From NCBI GenBank assembly GCA_964402535.1, contig CAYOCH010000001.1, positions 8,286-72,285 on the forward strand: 64,000 nt of DNA. Direction: 5' to 3'. The notes beneath the pieces are model-generated. The model did no database searches. It had not been told where the DNA came from and saw only the letters and a program-made list of their open reading frames with translations. This document shows positions 20,095-29,139 of the stretch, piece after piece. Made by a program: the position numbers and the translations under genes. Position 1 is the stretch's first letter; every line of letters begins with the position of its first letter. Origin of the DNA: an uncultured Candidatus Saccharibacteria bacterium (lineage in GTDB: Bacteria; Patescibacteriota; Minisyncoccia; Phycocordibacterales; Phycocordibacteraceae).

Positions 20095-22866
20095 TTATCG
20101 CGAGAGGTAGCGCTCCCGAATCATGTTCTCTACCGTAGCACGGTCGCGGCCGTAGGTGAGGGAGGAGAGCTGGATAAGGTCGTTCACCTGCTCGTGATTC
20201 AGTGCCGGCAGATCGGGCGTGCGCAGGTCGAAGGGCTGCTGCGGTACGCCCTGCGAGAGGATCTTCATGTATGCATTGCGGTTCTCGATATTCACGAAGT
20301 CGAGGGCGACGAAGACGGGCGCGAACTGCTTGGCGAAGAACTCGGCATCCTCCTCCCCGACGCGGAAGACCGCCATGTTCCCCACGTTGCCGAAGACTGC
20401 GTCGCGCGTCTTCTCCTCGATCTGGCTCAAGAATTGGTGCGCGACCGTCAAGGAGAGCTTGTACTTGCGCGCCTCCGAAAGGATGCCCGGGATCGAGTCG
20501 GTCGTCACGTTCTGGAACTCGTCGATATACAGATAGAACGGCGGATACGCCGCGCGCGGATTGTCAGCGCGCGAGAGCGCGGCCATGAAGAGCTTGCCGA
20601 CGATGATGAGGCCGAGGAGGTTCGCGTTCTTCTCGCCCAAGCGCCCCTTCGAGAGGTTGATGAGCAGGATCTTCTTGGTATCCATCACCTCGCGGAATTT
20701 GAAAGAGGACTCCTGCTGCCCCACGATCGGGCGGATGAAGTCGTTCGCCGTGAAGTCGTCGAACTTGTTCGTGATATAGGGCACGATATTCTCCAAGGCC
20801 GCGTCACCGCCGGCCTTCGTCGCGATGTCTGTCCAGAACTGGTTCACGATCGGGTTGAGGCTCTTCGCGAGCTTCATGCGGCGGTACTCGCTGTTCGAGA
20901 GCACGCGCGCTATGTCGAGGATCGTCGAGCCGCTCGAAGGATCCTCCATCACGAGCTGCGTCGCATTACGGAAGTATTGCTCGAACGCGGGACCCATCGA
21001 CTCGGGCACGTCGCCATAGAGCCGCTTGAAGATCATCAGGAGCTCGTTGACGATGAACGTCTTCTGCTCCGGCCGCGAAAGATCGTATTCGAGGAAGTTG
21101 AGCGAGAAGGGGCGCGAGAGATCTGCCGGATCGAAGTAGATCACGTCCTTGTAGCGCTCGGGCGGGATCGCCGCGAGGATGTCGAGGATATCGGTGCCAT
21201 GCGGGTCGATAAAGCAGCAGCCCTCGCCCGCATTGATGTCCTGAATGATCATCGACTTCATCAGCCCGGTTTTGCCCGTGCCCGTCTGGCCGATCACATA
21301 GAGGTGCCGCAGGCGATCCTCGCTCGTGAGATAGATCGGCGTTTCTTGTCCGCGGTAGGAGTTGATGCCGAGAAGCGCGCCTGATTGAGGGAGGTTCATG
21401 GGTGCCGCGGCGTGCGTAAATCGCGCCTGCTTCAGGTGCGGCGAGCTCGCGATACCCGCTGGCGGGAAGTGATAGAGCGTCGTGAGCTCGCGCAGCGATA
21501 AGGGAAGCGCCTCTGCCGCAGGGACGCGGAATGAGAAGTCCTCGAACAACGCTTGCGCGCTTCGGCCTTCGATGCGTTTGAAGTCGAGCCGGTTCCCTTG
21601 CGTGTTACCGAACTGGTTGAATCCGGCCTCGAGCTCGCTCAAGACCTGCCCGGCCTTGCGCTCATCGGCAGAGGACGCGACAAGCCGGATCGTCGCGCCG
21701 ACGATCGGCGTCGCGATCTTCTTCTCGACCTCTTGGATGTAACTCTTGTTCGCTTCGGCTTGGCGCGTCTCGGCCTCCTTCGCCTTCTCGACATCCTTGG
21801 GCTTGCTCGAAAAGAGCCGCTTGCTGAAGTCGCGTGCAAGCTCGCCAAACGCCGTCTCGGGCGTGGTGAAGGCGGCTTGGCGCTTCTCCCCTTTTCGCAG
21901 CGCCTGGAGGATCTTGCTGTAGTGGCGCACGTGCCGATCGCCGCGCGGCTCGATGATGAGCTGTATCGCGGCACCCTCGCCCTTGTGCTCGATCTTGGCG
22001 AACGCGTTCGTGATCGCGTTAATCGGGTCGTAGTCGAACTCCGGGTACTCCTTCAAGGGGAGCGCTGGATTCTCGGCCAAGGTCGCGACCGACGCGAGCG
22101 AGGCACCCTTGGGAGCGAAGATGTTGTAGTCCAAGGGCTGCGGGACCAGGTGTGCGTCCGGGAAGATCGCGAGGAGCTGCTTCTCGAAGAGCGCTGCCTT
22201 GCCGTTCGGCACTGCCGCATAGAACTGGAGCTCGGGCGAGTTCGCCGGCACAGCGAGCTCGAGCGCGAAGTAGGGCGGCTCGTCGCCCTGTGCATCGCCG
22301 ACCGAGAGCAACCCGGCATAGAACTGCTCCATGCCGGAGATGAGCTCCTTCAAGGTCTTCTGTCGCGCGCCCTGCTCTTGCACCTTCGGCGCGGGTAGCG
22401 CGATCTCGTAGAGCGTCATCTTGAGCGCGCGGAATCGGGGCGCCTTCTCGTCGGCCCCGGGCACCACGAGGCCGGCGGCGATGTAGCGCACCAGGTAGCG
22501 GTGGAAGTCGTCTGCGACCTCGGGGTCGCCCATCTTCTCGACGATCGCGAGCGCATTCTTGATCCCATGCTCCTGCATCGCCTGTTGCAGGCTCGCGATC
22601 ACGCGCTCGTCGTCGCCAAGGGCGAGATCAGAGAGGATAGCCTCGGCCTCGCTCTTCTTGGTCTTCTCGCTGATGCGATACTCGCGGGCGAGCACCTTAT
22701 CGGGCGCGTCGGCATGCTCCTTGACCTGCTCCGAGATGATGCGCACGTGCTCGAACGCGCTTGGCGACTTGCCCCTGCCCGCCAGCTCCGCCTCTTTCTT
22801 GGCCACTTGCTCGCGCAGGTAGGCCAATTCCGCTTCAGGCGTGGACAACGTCGGTGCCGATTCCAT
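20095..22866 (-). CDS. VirD4/TraD/HerA-like type IV coupling ATPase
   Basis: RHLYVIGQTGTGKT Walker A, IDPHG, LYIDEFQN Walker B, LSEARKY, AHQ; start set at MESAP. Confidence 0.88.
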   Translation of the reverse strand: MESAPTLSTPEAELAYLREQVAKKEAELAGRGKSPSAFEHVRIISEQVKEHADAPDKVLAREYRISEKTKKSEAEAILSDLALGDDERVIASLQQAMQEHGIKNALAIVEKMGDPEVADDFHRYLVRYIAAGLVVPGADEKAPRFRALKMTLYEIALPAPKVQEQGARQKTLKELISGMEQFYAGLLSVGDAQGDEPPYFALELAVPANSPELQFYAAVPNGKAALFEKQLLAIFPDAHLVPQPLDYNIFAPKGASLASVATLAENPALPLKEYPEFDYDPINAITNAFAKIEHKGEGAAIQLIIEPRGDRHVRHYSKILQALRKGEKRQAAFTTPETAFGELARDFSKRLFSSKPKDVEKAKEAETRQAEANKSYIQEVEKKIATPIVGATIRLVASSADERKAGQVLSELEAGFNQFGNTQGNRLDFKRIEGRSAQALFEDFSFRVPAAEALPLSLRELTTLYHFPPAGIASSPHLKQARFTHAAAPMNLPQSGALLGINSYRGQETPIYLTSEDRLRHLYVIGQTGTGKTGLMKSMIIQDINAGEGCCFIDPHGTDILDILAAIPPERYKDVIYFDPADLSRPFSLNFLEYDLSRPEQKTFIVNELLMIFKRLYGDVPESMGPAFEQYFRNATQLVMEDPSSGSTILDIARVLSNSEYRRMKLAKSLNPIVNQFWTDIATKAGGDAALENIVPYITNKFDDFTANDFIRPIVGQQESSFKFREVMDTKKILLINLSKGRLGEKNANLLGLIIVGKLFMAALSRADNPRAAYPPFYLYIDEFQNVTTDSIPGILSEARKYKLSLTVAHQFLSQIEEKTRDAVFGNVGNMAVFRVGEEDAEFFAKQFAPVFVALDFVNIENRNAYMKILSQGVPQQPFDLRTPDLPALNHEQVNDLIQLSSLTYGRDRATVENMIRERYLSR

Positions 22867-22875
22867 GTGATATCT

Positions 22876-22883
22876 AGTATACT
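22876..22883. promoter_or_regulatory. Symmetric -10 element (AGTATACT) between divergent starts
   Basis: TATACT on both strands, 8-9 nt from the ATGs at 22866 (-) and 22892 (+). Confidence 0.5.
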
Positions 22884-22891
22884 GCACGCGA

Positions 22892-23509
22892 ATGCTCAAC
22901 TTCCTCTCCGCCTGTATAAATCTTGATCCGATCGAGATGGTGAAGACCGGCAGCTACGTCGGCATCGCCGTGCTGGTCTTCGCCGAGAGCGGACTCCTCT
23001 TCGGCATCTTCCTCCCCGGCGACTCGCTCCTCTTTGCGGCCGGGCTCCTCGCGGCGGGCGGCGTGCTCTCGATCCAACCGCTCATCATCTTCGTCGTCAT
23101 CGCTGCGATCATCGGCGACTCGGTGGGCTATTGGTTCGGCGCAAACGTCGGCGTCAGCTTCTTCAAGCGCAAGGACTCCTTCTTCTTCAAGCAGGAATAC
23201 TTGAAGCGCACTGAGCGCTTCTACGAGACCTACGGCGGGCGTGCCGTCGTGCTCGCCCGCTTCATCCCGATTGTGCGTACGATCGCCCCGATCCTCGCCG
23301 GCGTCGGCTCGATGACCTATCGCCAATTCATCACCTACAACATCATCGGCGGCACGCTCTGGGGCGCCGGCATGCTCGCGCTCGGCTTCTCTCTCGGCTC
23401 CGTCCTCCCGAACGCCGAGTCCTATGTCCTCCCGCTCTCGCTCGTGATCATCGTCCTCTCATTCCTCCCTATCCTCCTCAACCTCCTACGCGGCAAAAAG
23501 GCAGTCTAG
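22892..23509 (+). CDS. DedA/VTT family membrane protein
   Basis: FAESGLLFGIFLPGDSLLF, ARFIPIVRT. Confidence 0.94.
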   Translation: MLNFLSACINLDPIEMVKTGSYVGIAVLVFAESGLLFGIFLPGDSLLFAAGLLAAGGVLSIQPLIIFVVIAAIIGDSVGYWFGANVGVSFFKRKDSFFFKQEYLKRTERFYETYGGRAVVLARFIPIVRTIAPILAGVGSMTYRQFITYNIIGGTLWGAGMLALGFSLGSVLPNAESYVLPLSLVIIVLSFLPILLNLLRGKKAV

Positions 23510-23715
23510 TAGCCGATGCTATTGAGCGTTGTCGTGTAGCTCGAGAGGAACTGCGGGATCGCGAAAGCGAGGCCGATGAGAGGCAGGATGATAAGCGCGG
23601 CGGTGACGACGCCCGTCCAGAAGAGATACTTGCGCGCAGACTCTGCCGCGGCGGCGGCCTTCTCGGCATTCGCGTTTATCTCGTCGAGCAATGCTTTGAG
23701 TTCGGGGTCGATCAT
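23506..23715 (-). CDS. Small single-TM hypothetical protein
   Basis: 69 aa, coiled coil plus TM, typical codon usage. Confidence 0.65.
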   Translation of the reverse strand: MIDPELKALLDEINANAEKAAAAAESARKYLFWTGVVTAALIILPLIGLAFAIPQFLSSYTTTLNSIGY

Positions 23716-23736
23716 GCCGACAGTATACGGTGCGTC

Positions 23737-24078
23737 TTAAAGCGGTTTACTCCAGAAATGGAAAACCCAGTTGATCACCATCAGCACGAGCGCGAAGAAG
23801 AAAGCCGGCCAGAAGCCCGCGACGACGAAGCCCGGCACGATATAGGCGGTGACCATCACGAGGAGCGCGTTGATCACGAGCGAGAAGAGGCCGAGCGTGA
23901 TGATGTTGATGGGAAGCGTGAGGATCGAGATGACCGGCTTGACGAAGAGATTCAAGGCGCCGAGCACGACAGCTGCGATTGCAGCGCCCGGATACGTCAC
24001 GGAGATGCCCTGCACGATATAGGCTGCGACCAATATCGCGAGCGTCGCAGTGATCCAGTGGACGAGCAACTTCACCAT
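23737..24078 (-). CDS. YvlD-like 4-TM membrane protein (holin superfamily annotation)
   Basis: LNLFVKPVISILTLPINIITLGLFSLVINA, VPGF. Confidence 0.88.
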   Translation of the reverse strand: MVKLLVHWITATLAILVAAYIVQGISVTYPGAAIAAVVLGALNLFVKPVISILTLPINIITLGLFSLVINALLVMVTAYIVPGFVVAGFWPAFFFALVLMVINWVFHFWSKPL

Positions 24079-24085
24079 ACTCGGA

Positions 24086-24802
24086 TCATATCAAAGATAC
24101 GACGATATAGACCATGAACGCGCCGAGGAGCGTCATGAGGGTGGTGAGAGCCCGCGGGTGACGGTGATGGCTCTCGGGGATCAGGTCGCTCGCCGACAGG
24201 TAGAGGAAGGTCCCGACGAAGAGGCCGAGCGCGAGCCCGATGTATTGCGGACCGATCGTAAAGAAGAGCGTGGCGGTGGCGCCGAGCAATGGCGCTGCTG
24301 CGTCGACAAGGAGCCAGCGGAAGGCGCGGCGCCAGGTGCCCCCGTTCTTCAGCACGAGATTCACCGTGTTGATGCCGTCAGAGAAGTCGTGGGTCAGCAC
24401 GGCAGCCGTCACGACGACGCCGACCGCCGCCGAGGCCTGAAAGCCGATGCCGATCGCCAAGCCATCGAGAAAGCTGTGTGCCGAGAGAGTAAACGCGCCG
24501 AAGCTGCCTCGTGCAGTGTGCGCCTGGTGCTCGTCATCTTCATCATGCGTGTGCAAGAGGATCAGCCGGTCGAGCACCAGATAGCCGAAGAAGCCTGCGG
24601 CGATCGCGAGCGCCACCGTCTCGGCGCTGTAATAGGCGGTACCGAGCGCCAATGCTTCGGGCAGAATGTCAAAAAGCGCGACGCCCGCGACTGCGCCAGC
24701 CGAGAAGCCGAGGATCAGATGCAGCTTGTCGCGGAACTTCAAAGCGAAGCTACCGCCGATAAAAGTCGCCGTGAACGCCGCGAGTGCGAACAGGATGGTC
24801 AT
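24086..24802 (-). CDS. ZIP family metal transporter
   Basis: LGFSAG, His-rich loop, AHSFLDG, THDFSDG, DLIPESH. Confidence 0.9.
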   Translation of the reverse strand: MTILFALAAFTATFIGGSFALKFRDKLHLILGFSAGAVAGVALFDILPEALALGTAYYSAETVALAIAAGFFGYLVLDRLILLHTHDEDDEHQAHTARGSFGAFTLSAHSFLDGLAIGIGFQASAAVGVVVTAAVLTHDFSDGINTVNLVLKNGGTWRRAFRWLLVDAAAPLLGATATLFFTIGPQYIGLALGLFVGTFLYLSASDLIPESHHRHPRALTTLMTLLGAFMVYIVVSLI

Positions 24803-24882
24803 GCCGTCATGATACACCATCCCCGTTAGAACCACCCGAGAGCGGTGAGGATGAAGAGCTGCGAAATGGGTACCGGATGCTC

Positions 24883-25590
24883 CTATTTGACCACCTGGTC
24901 GAGCGCCGCCTTAAAGTTCGCGTAGGGGTACGCGCCGAGGATCAGCTGCTTGCCGATCACGAAGGCCGGGGTCGCGTTCACGCCCGCCTTCTGCCCTTCT
25001 GCCTTGTCGGAGGCGATTGCAGCGTCGTACGCCGCTTTGTTCGCGGCGACAGCTGCGGTGACCTTCGCCGCATCGATGCCCGCGACCGACTCCGTCGTCT
25101 TCTTGATCCAAGCGAGATAGTCGGCATCGTTCAGGGTGTTCTCGGTCGGCTGTGTCGCGTAGATCGCAGTGCGCCAGTCCATGTACTTGTCCGGATAGAG
25201 CTGCCACACCGCGCGGCCATACTCTGCGCCGACCAAAGAATCAGGACCAAGGAAGGCGAAGTCCATCACGACGATCTTGACCTTGCCGGTGGCGACATAG
25301 TCCGTAATGATCTGCGGCAGCGTATTCACCTCGAACTGCTTGCAGAAGGGGCACTGATAATCGCTCCAGAACGCGATCGTGAGGGGCGCATCGGCTTTGC
25401 CGATGTAGGGGTCGCCGGCCGTCTTCAGGTCCTTGACTTCTGCCTGCGCCGCAGGCGGCTCGTCGCCCTGCTGCCCTGCCCCAGCCTGCCCGGCAGGGCG
25501 AGAGCCGTTCCAGAGCACGGCGCCCGCGATCAGGATGCCGGCCACGATGACGGCGACGGGTAAGAATTTGCTAGTGTCGGTGGTTTCCAT
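24883..25590 (-). CDS. DsbA/BdbD-like thioredoxin-fold protein
   Basis: SDYQCPFC active site, GVNATP cis-Pro, N-terminal TM. Confidence 0.92.
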   Translation of the reverse strand: METTDTSKFLPVAVIVAGILIAGAVLWNGSRPAGQAGAGQQGDEPPAAQAEVKDLKTAGDPYIGKADAPLTIAFWSDYQCPFCKQFEVNTLPQIITDYVATGKVKIVVMDFAFLGPDSLVGAEYGRAVWQLYPDKYMDWRTAIYATQPTENTLNDADYLAWIKKTTESVAGIDAAKVTAAVAANKAAYDAAIASDKAEGQKAGVNATPAFVIGKQLILGAYPYANFKAALDQVVK

Positions 25591-25642
25591 ATGCGGGAGA
25601 TGATAGCATGCGCATAGACTGCGCAACCTGGGAGATATCGTT

Positions 25643-26116
25643 ATGAAAATCGCTACACTCGGCATCATCCTGAACGATAAGGGCGAGGTCCTCCTTGGCT
25701 TGAAAAAGAAGGGAGAGATCGGCACGGGCAAGCTCTCGGGCCCTGGCGGCAAGCTCGACCCGGGCGAGACACTCGAGAGCTGCTTGCTCCGTGAGACGCG
25801 CGAGGAGCTCGAGATCGAGCTTGATCCACGATCGCTCGAGCTCGCCGCACGGATCGACTTCTACGCCGACAACGCGTGCGACTTCTGCGTCTGGGTGTAT
25901 CGCGCAGAGATCTTGTCGGGAGAGCTTCATGAGACCGATGATATGGTACCGGGTTGGTTCCCGCTCACAGACGAAACATTCAAGCGGACCTACGAGGCTG
26001 ATCGGCACTGGCTGCCCAGAGCAGTCAATGGCGAGAAGTTTCGCGTCGACGTGTTCTATAAGGATCGCGCCAATACCTTTGACCGCATCGGCGAGTTCCA
26101 TCCGCTCACCATTTGA
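25643..26116 (+). CDS. NUDIX hydrolase (8-oxo-dGTPase-like)
   Basis: GGKLDPGETLESCLLRETREELEI Nudix box. Confidence 0.9.
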   Translation: MKIATLGIILNDKGEVLLGLKKKGEIGTGKLSGPGGKLDPGETLESCLLRETREELEIELDPRSLELAARIDFYADNACDFCVWVYRAEILSGELHETDDMVPGWFPLTDETFKRTYEADRHWLPRAVNGEKFRVDVFYKDRANTFDRIGEFHPLTI

Positions 26117-26118
26117 AA

Positions 26119-26140
26119 CGGCCGCCCCTCGGGGCGGCCG
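26119..26140. terminator. Hairpin terminator between convergent genes
   Basis: CGGCCGCCC-CTCG-GGGCGGCCG. Confidence 0.7.
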
Positions 26141-26146
26141 CTTTGT

Positions 26147-27253
26147 TTACTGGTACTGGATGTAAATTGGTGACGGATCGAGGTTAAGCACCTCGGTTGT
26201 CGTGAGGAGGCCGGTCGATGGCGGTTTGACGTCGTTCTTATAGAAGAGCTTCACGCCGGTGAACTGCACGGGCTCGTCAGCGATCACGCGCGCGTAGGTG
26301 TTCTTCTTCTTCGCCTGCGAGCCCCAGCCGTCCATGTCCATCACGATCTGCACCTCGGGGAGCGGAGTGATGTCCCGGTAGTTCGTAACCATCTCCTCAG
26401 TGAACCGGTGCACCACGAGGACCTTTGGCGGCAGCTTATTGTCGCGCACGAGCTGCGCCAGATAACGTGCCGCAAAATTGATATCCGCTGCGTCGAAGGT
26501 GCCGATCATGCGCCCGGGCGCCTCGCCGTACTTCATCGAGAACTCCGGATCGATCGCGAGATGCACATCCGGCAGCTTGAGATACTTCTCGAGCAATGGA
26601 AGCTCGTCCGCGAGCGTGCTCTTCCCCACCTGCACGTCAATGAAGAGGAGCCCGTTTATCTTCCGCGCCATCTCGAGCGCATGATCGATCTGGTCGTCCG
26701 GCATGCGGAGGATGTACTTGCCCTCTCTGCCGGCGGTCGCCTGCGCGACGACCGCGATGTACTGGATCGCGGGGATGGTCGGCGTCGTCGGATCAGCCTT
26801 CGCCCACTGCTCCGTCGAGCTCGCGAGCATCGAGATGACCTGCTCCTCGGGATATTCGCCCAAGATGCCCATGCCTTTCGAATAGAAGTTCCCGTAATAG
26901 GCGACGATGCGCTTGAAGGGCAGGATCGCCCCCACCTCCGGGTACGCAGTCGAGACCGGCCACGGGTGGCCGGGCATATACACGGTTGAGGAAGCGGTCG
27001 AGATCGGCAGCGTGGGTGGCGTTGAACTCGCGGTAGTCGAGGTCGCCGTCGAGGTAGCGATGGTGATATGCGCGAGCGCAAGCATCCGCGCGTTATAGTC
27101 AGCCTTGTCGAGAGTCGGGAGCGGGATGAATCTTTCCGGTGAATTCGCCGCCTCGCTCAAATACTCGCTCGCGACGAATCCCGAGAACCCGAGGAGATAC
27201 ACGAGGCCGAGTATGACGACGACAATCAACGTCACGCGGACCTTCGTGTTCAT
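26147..27253 (-). CDS. Conserved-type exported hypothetical protein
   Basis: N-terminal TM, Thr/Ser linker, globular domain RIVAYYGN...HLAIDPEF...MDGWG...IQYQ. Confidence 0.8.
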   Translation of the reverse strand: MNTKVRVTLIVVVILGLVYLLGFSGFVASEYLSEAANSPERFIPLPTLDKADYNARMLALAHITIATSTATSTTASSTPPTLPISTASSTVYMPGHPWPVSTAYPEVGAILPFKRIVAYYGNFYSKGMGILGEYPEEQVISMLASSTEQWAKADPTTPTIPAIQYIAVVAQATAGREGKYILRMPDDQIDHALEMARKINGLLFIDVQVGKSTLADELPLLEKYLKLPDVHLAIDPEFSMKYGEAPGRMIGTFDAADINFAARYLAQLVRDNKLPPKVLVVHRFTEEMVTNYRDITPLPEVQIVMDMDGWGSQAKKKNTYARVIADEPVQFTGVKLFYKNDVKPPSTGLLTTTEVLNLDPSPIYIQYQ

Positions 27254-27289
27254 GATGCCCCTATAGTAGCCCATGCGGCCGCCCTGCCG

Positions 27290-28471
27290 CTAGTCGCCCG
27301 AGTCGCGCTCACTGCTGCCCCCGTCCTTCTGGCCGTTCGAGTCAGTCTTCGACTTGTGCTTCGACTGATCAGACTGTCTGTCGTGAGAGTCCGTCTGCTC
27401 GGTACTCAACTGGAGCCCTTGCTGCAGCGATGTGTCGGCCGCCTTCGCCGCGCTCTCAGAGTCGAGGAGCGACGAGAACGCCTTCTGCGCGTCGCCCGAA
27501 TGTTGCTCGGACTGCGCGTTCTTGAGAGCGTCCATCGCCTGCTGCAGCGACTCGACCGAGCTGCCGACGATCTCGCGCTGCACCGAGGAGCTCGCGGGCG
27601 TCGTCGTCGAGAAGTCGCGGATCGTGTTCGAGGCGTTCGCAATGATCTGCTGCACCGCCTGCACGCGCGCGTCGAACTGCTGCTGCGCATCAGTGTCGCC
27701 GTAACCGCGCGAGCGTACGGGCGCGCCCTCACGCAGCGGCGGCGTTGTCGAGCCGCTCGTGCTCGCGAGCGGCGCCGCAGCGCTCCAGTACACCTGTGCG
27801 GCGTTCTCACGCGCCGCGTGCGCGGCCTCAGCGCTCGCGCCGACCGCGTCCTGGAGCGACGCGACGTCAGAGGCGAGCGAGCTCGTGGCCGCGCCGCCGA
27901 TCACCGAGAGGATCTGCGCATGCGCGTTCACCCCCGCCTCGAAGTCGACGGCAGCGTTCACGAGCGCGACCGTGGGAGTCGTGGATGCCGCCTTCTGCAC
28001 TATCGTATTAAAAGTCTCTGCACTTTTCTGAAAATTGGTCTGGAGCGTCTGCACGTCGGCGATCGTGAGGCGCCCCTGCGCCGCCAGTGTTTCTGCTTCT
28101 TGGAGACGCCGCAGCGCGACCTGCGCCTCCCAGCGCGCCTGTGGTACCGCGCCGAAGGTCATCGCGCTCGTCGCCGGCTCCATGACGTAGAGCTTGACCG
28201 GGTAGAGCAGGTCGCCCGGCAAGGCGCCCTCTGAGGCATACGCCGCCGAGCCGCCCGTGAGCACCACGAGCAAGAGCGCGGCGATCGCGTACCTTGAAGA
28301 GAAGCGCGAGACGTAGACCCGCCACGGCGAGACGATGAGCGGCGGGTGCGCCTCCATGTGCGCAGAGAGGCGCGCGAATACCGCCGCCTTCTCCGCCGGA
28401 GAGAGCCGGATCTTCTTCAATCCCGCTATGCCTTTCTGTAGGGTTTCGTCAGTCATGTTTGGCTTCATCAT
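27290..28471 (-). CDS. Putative anti-sigma factor (DUF5667-like)
   Basis: Overlaps the ECF sigma stop; single TM then ALPGDLLYPVK motif. Confidence 0.8.
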   Translation of the reverse strand: MMKPNMTDETLQKGIAGLKKIRLSPAEKAAVFARLSAHMEAHPPLIVSPWRVYVSRFSSRYAIAALLLVVLTGGSAAYASEGALPGDLLYPVKLYVMEPATSAMTFGAVPQARWEAQVALRRLQEAETLAAQGRLTIADVQTLQTNFQKSAETFNTIVQKAASTTPTVALVNAAVDFEAGVNAHAQILSVIGGAATSSLASDVASLQDAVGASAEAAHAARENAAQVYWSAAAPLASTSGSTTPPLREGAPVRSRGYGDTDAQQQFDARVQAVQQIIANASNTIRDFSTTTPASSSVQREIVGSSVESLQQAMDALKNAQSEQHSGDAQKAFSSLLDSESAAKAADTSLQQGLQLSTEQTDSHDRQSDQSKHKSKTDSNGQKDGGSSERDSGD

Positions 28472-28988
28472 AGCCTGCCACCTTGCGCAGCTGCTTCAGT
28501 CCGCGATGGAGCCGGACCGAGACCACGTTCACCGTGACGCCGAGGATCTGGGCGATCTCTTTGGGACGCAGGTCCTCGACGTAGCGCAGGTACACGGCTT
28601 GTTGATATGTCGCATCAAGGTCACGAATCTTACCGAGCAGTGCCCGCGCCTCGTGCGACATCTCGATCTGCGCCTTGCCGTCCTCGCTCTCCATAAACAC
28701 CTCGATGTCCGTCTCGGCCGCCTCGGCGAGGGCGTCGAGCGAGACCGCCTTCTTGCGGCGGTACCAGTCGATGATCCGGTTACGCGCGATCGTGAAGAGG
28801 AACGCCCTGCCCCGGTGCACCTCGACCCTCCCGGCGGCCACCACTTCCCAGAAGCTTAAGAACGACTCTTGCATGATGTCGAGCGCCACCTCCTTGTCGG
28901 AGGTTCGGAGAAGGCAAAAGCGATAGATCGAATCCGCTTCGTCGACATACATCTTTGCGAATTGTTTCTTCAAATCATCCGGGGCCAT
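28449..28988 (-). CDS. ECF RNA polymerase sigma factor
   Basis: Region 2 DIMQESFL...FLFTIARNRIIDWYR; region 4 KEIAQILGVTVNVVSVRLHRG. Confidence 0.94.
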   Translation of the reverse strand: MAPDDLKKQFAKMYVDEADSIYRFCLLRTSDKEVALDIMQESFLSFWEVVAAGRVEVHRGRAFLFTIARNRIIDWYRRKKAVSLDALAEAAETDIEVFMESEDGKAQIEMSHEARALLGKIRDLDATYQQAVYLRYVEDLRPKEIAQILGVTVNVVSVRLHRGLKQLRKVAGYDEAKHD

Positions 28989-28994
28989 ACATGA

Positions 28995-29056
28995 AGACGT
29001 GCGGGAATGCCCTTTCTTACGCGTGCGGCTGTAAGAATGGGTCATTCATGACGTCT
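28995..29056. promoter_or_regulatory. Back-to-back ECF-type promoters GTAAGAA-N13-ACGTCT
   Basis: Minus copy 29020-28995 and plus copy 29031-29056 with identical boxes and spacing. Confidence 0.75.
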
Positions 29057-29139
29057 AGGGGTGTGTGAGCACTTCAGAAATATATCCGAACGGTACCAGA
29101 AACGATACCACCGATTCATTAGCAATTAATTAGCAGCAC

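Noticed and set aside
20095-22866. Conjugative element or ICE
   Set aside because: No relaxase, integrase, VirB4 or att repeats in the window; codon usage of the ATPase matches core genes.
23737-24078. Prophage implied by a holin-family annotation
   Set aside because: YvlD-like proteins are common chromosomal membrane proteins, and no phage genes are nearby.
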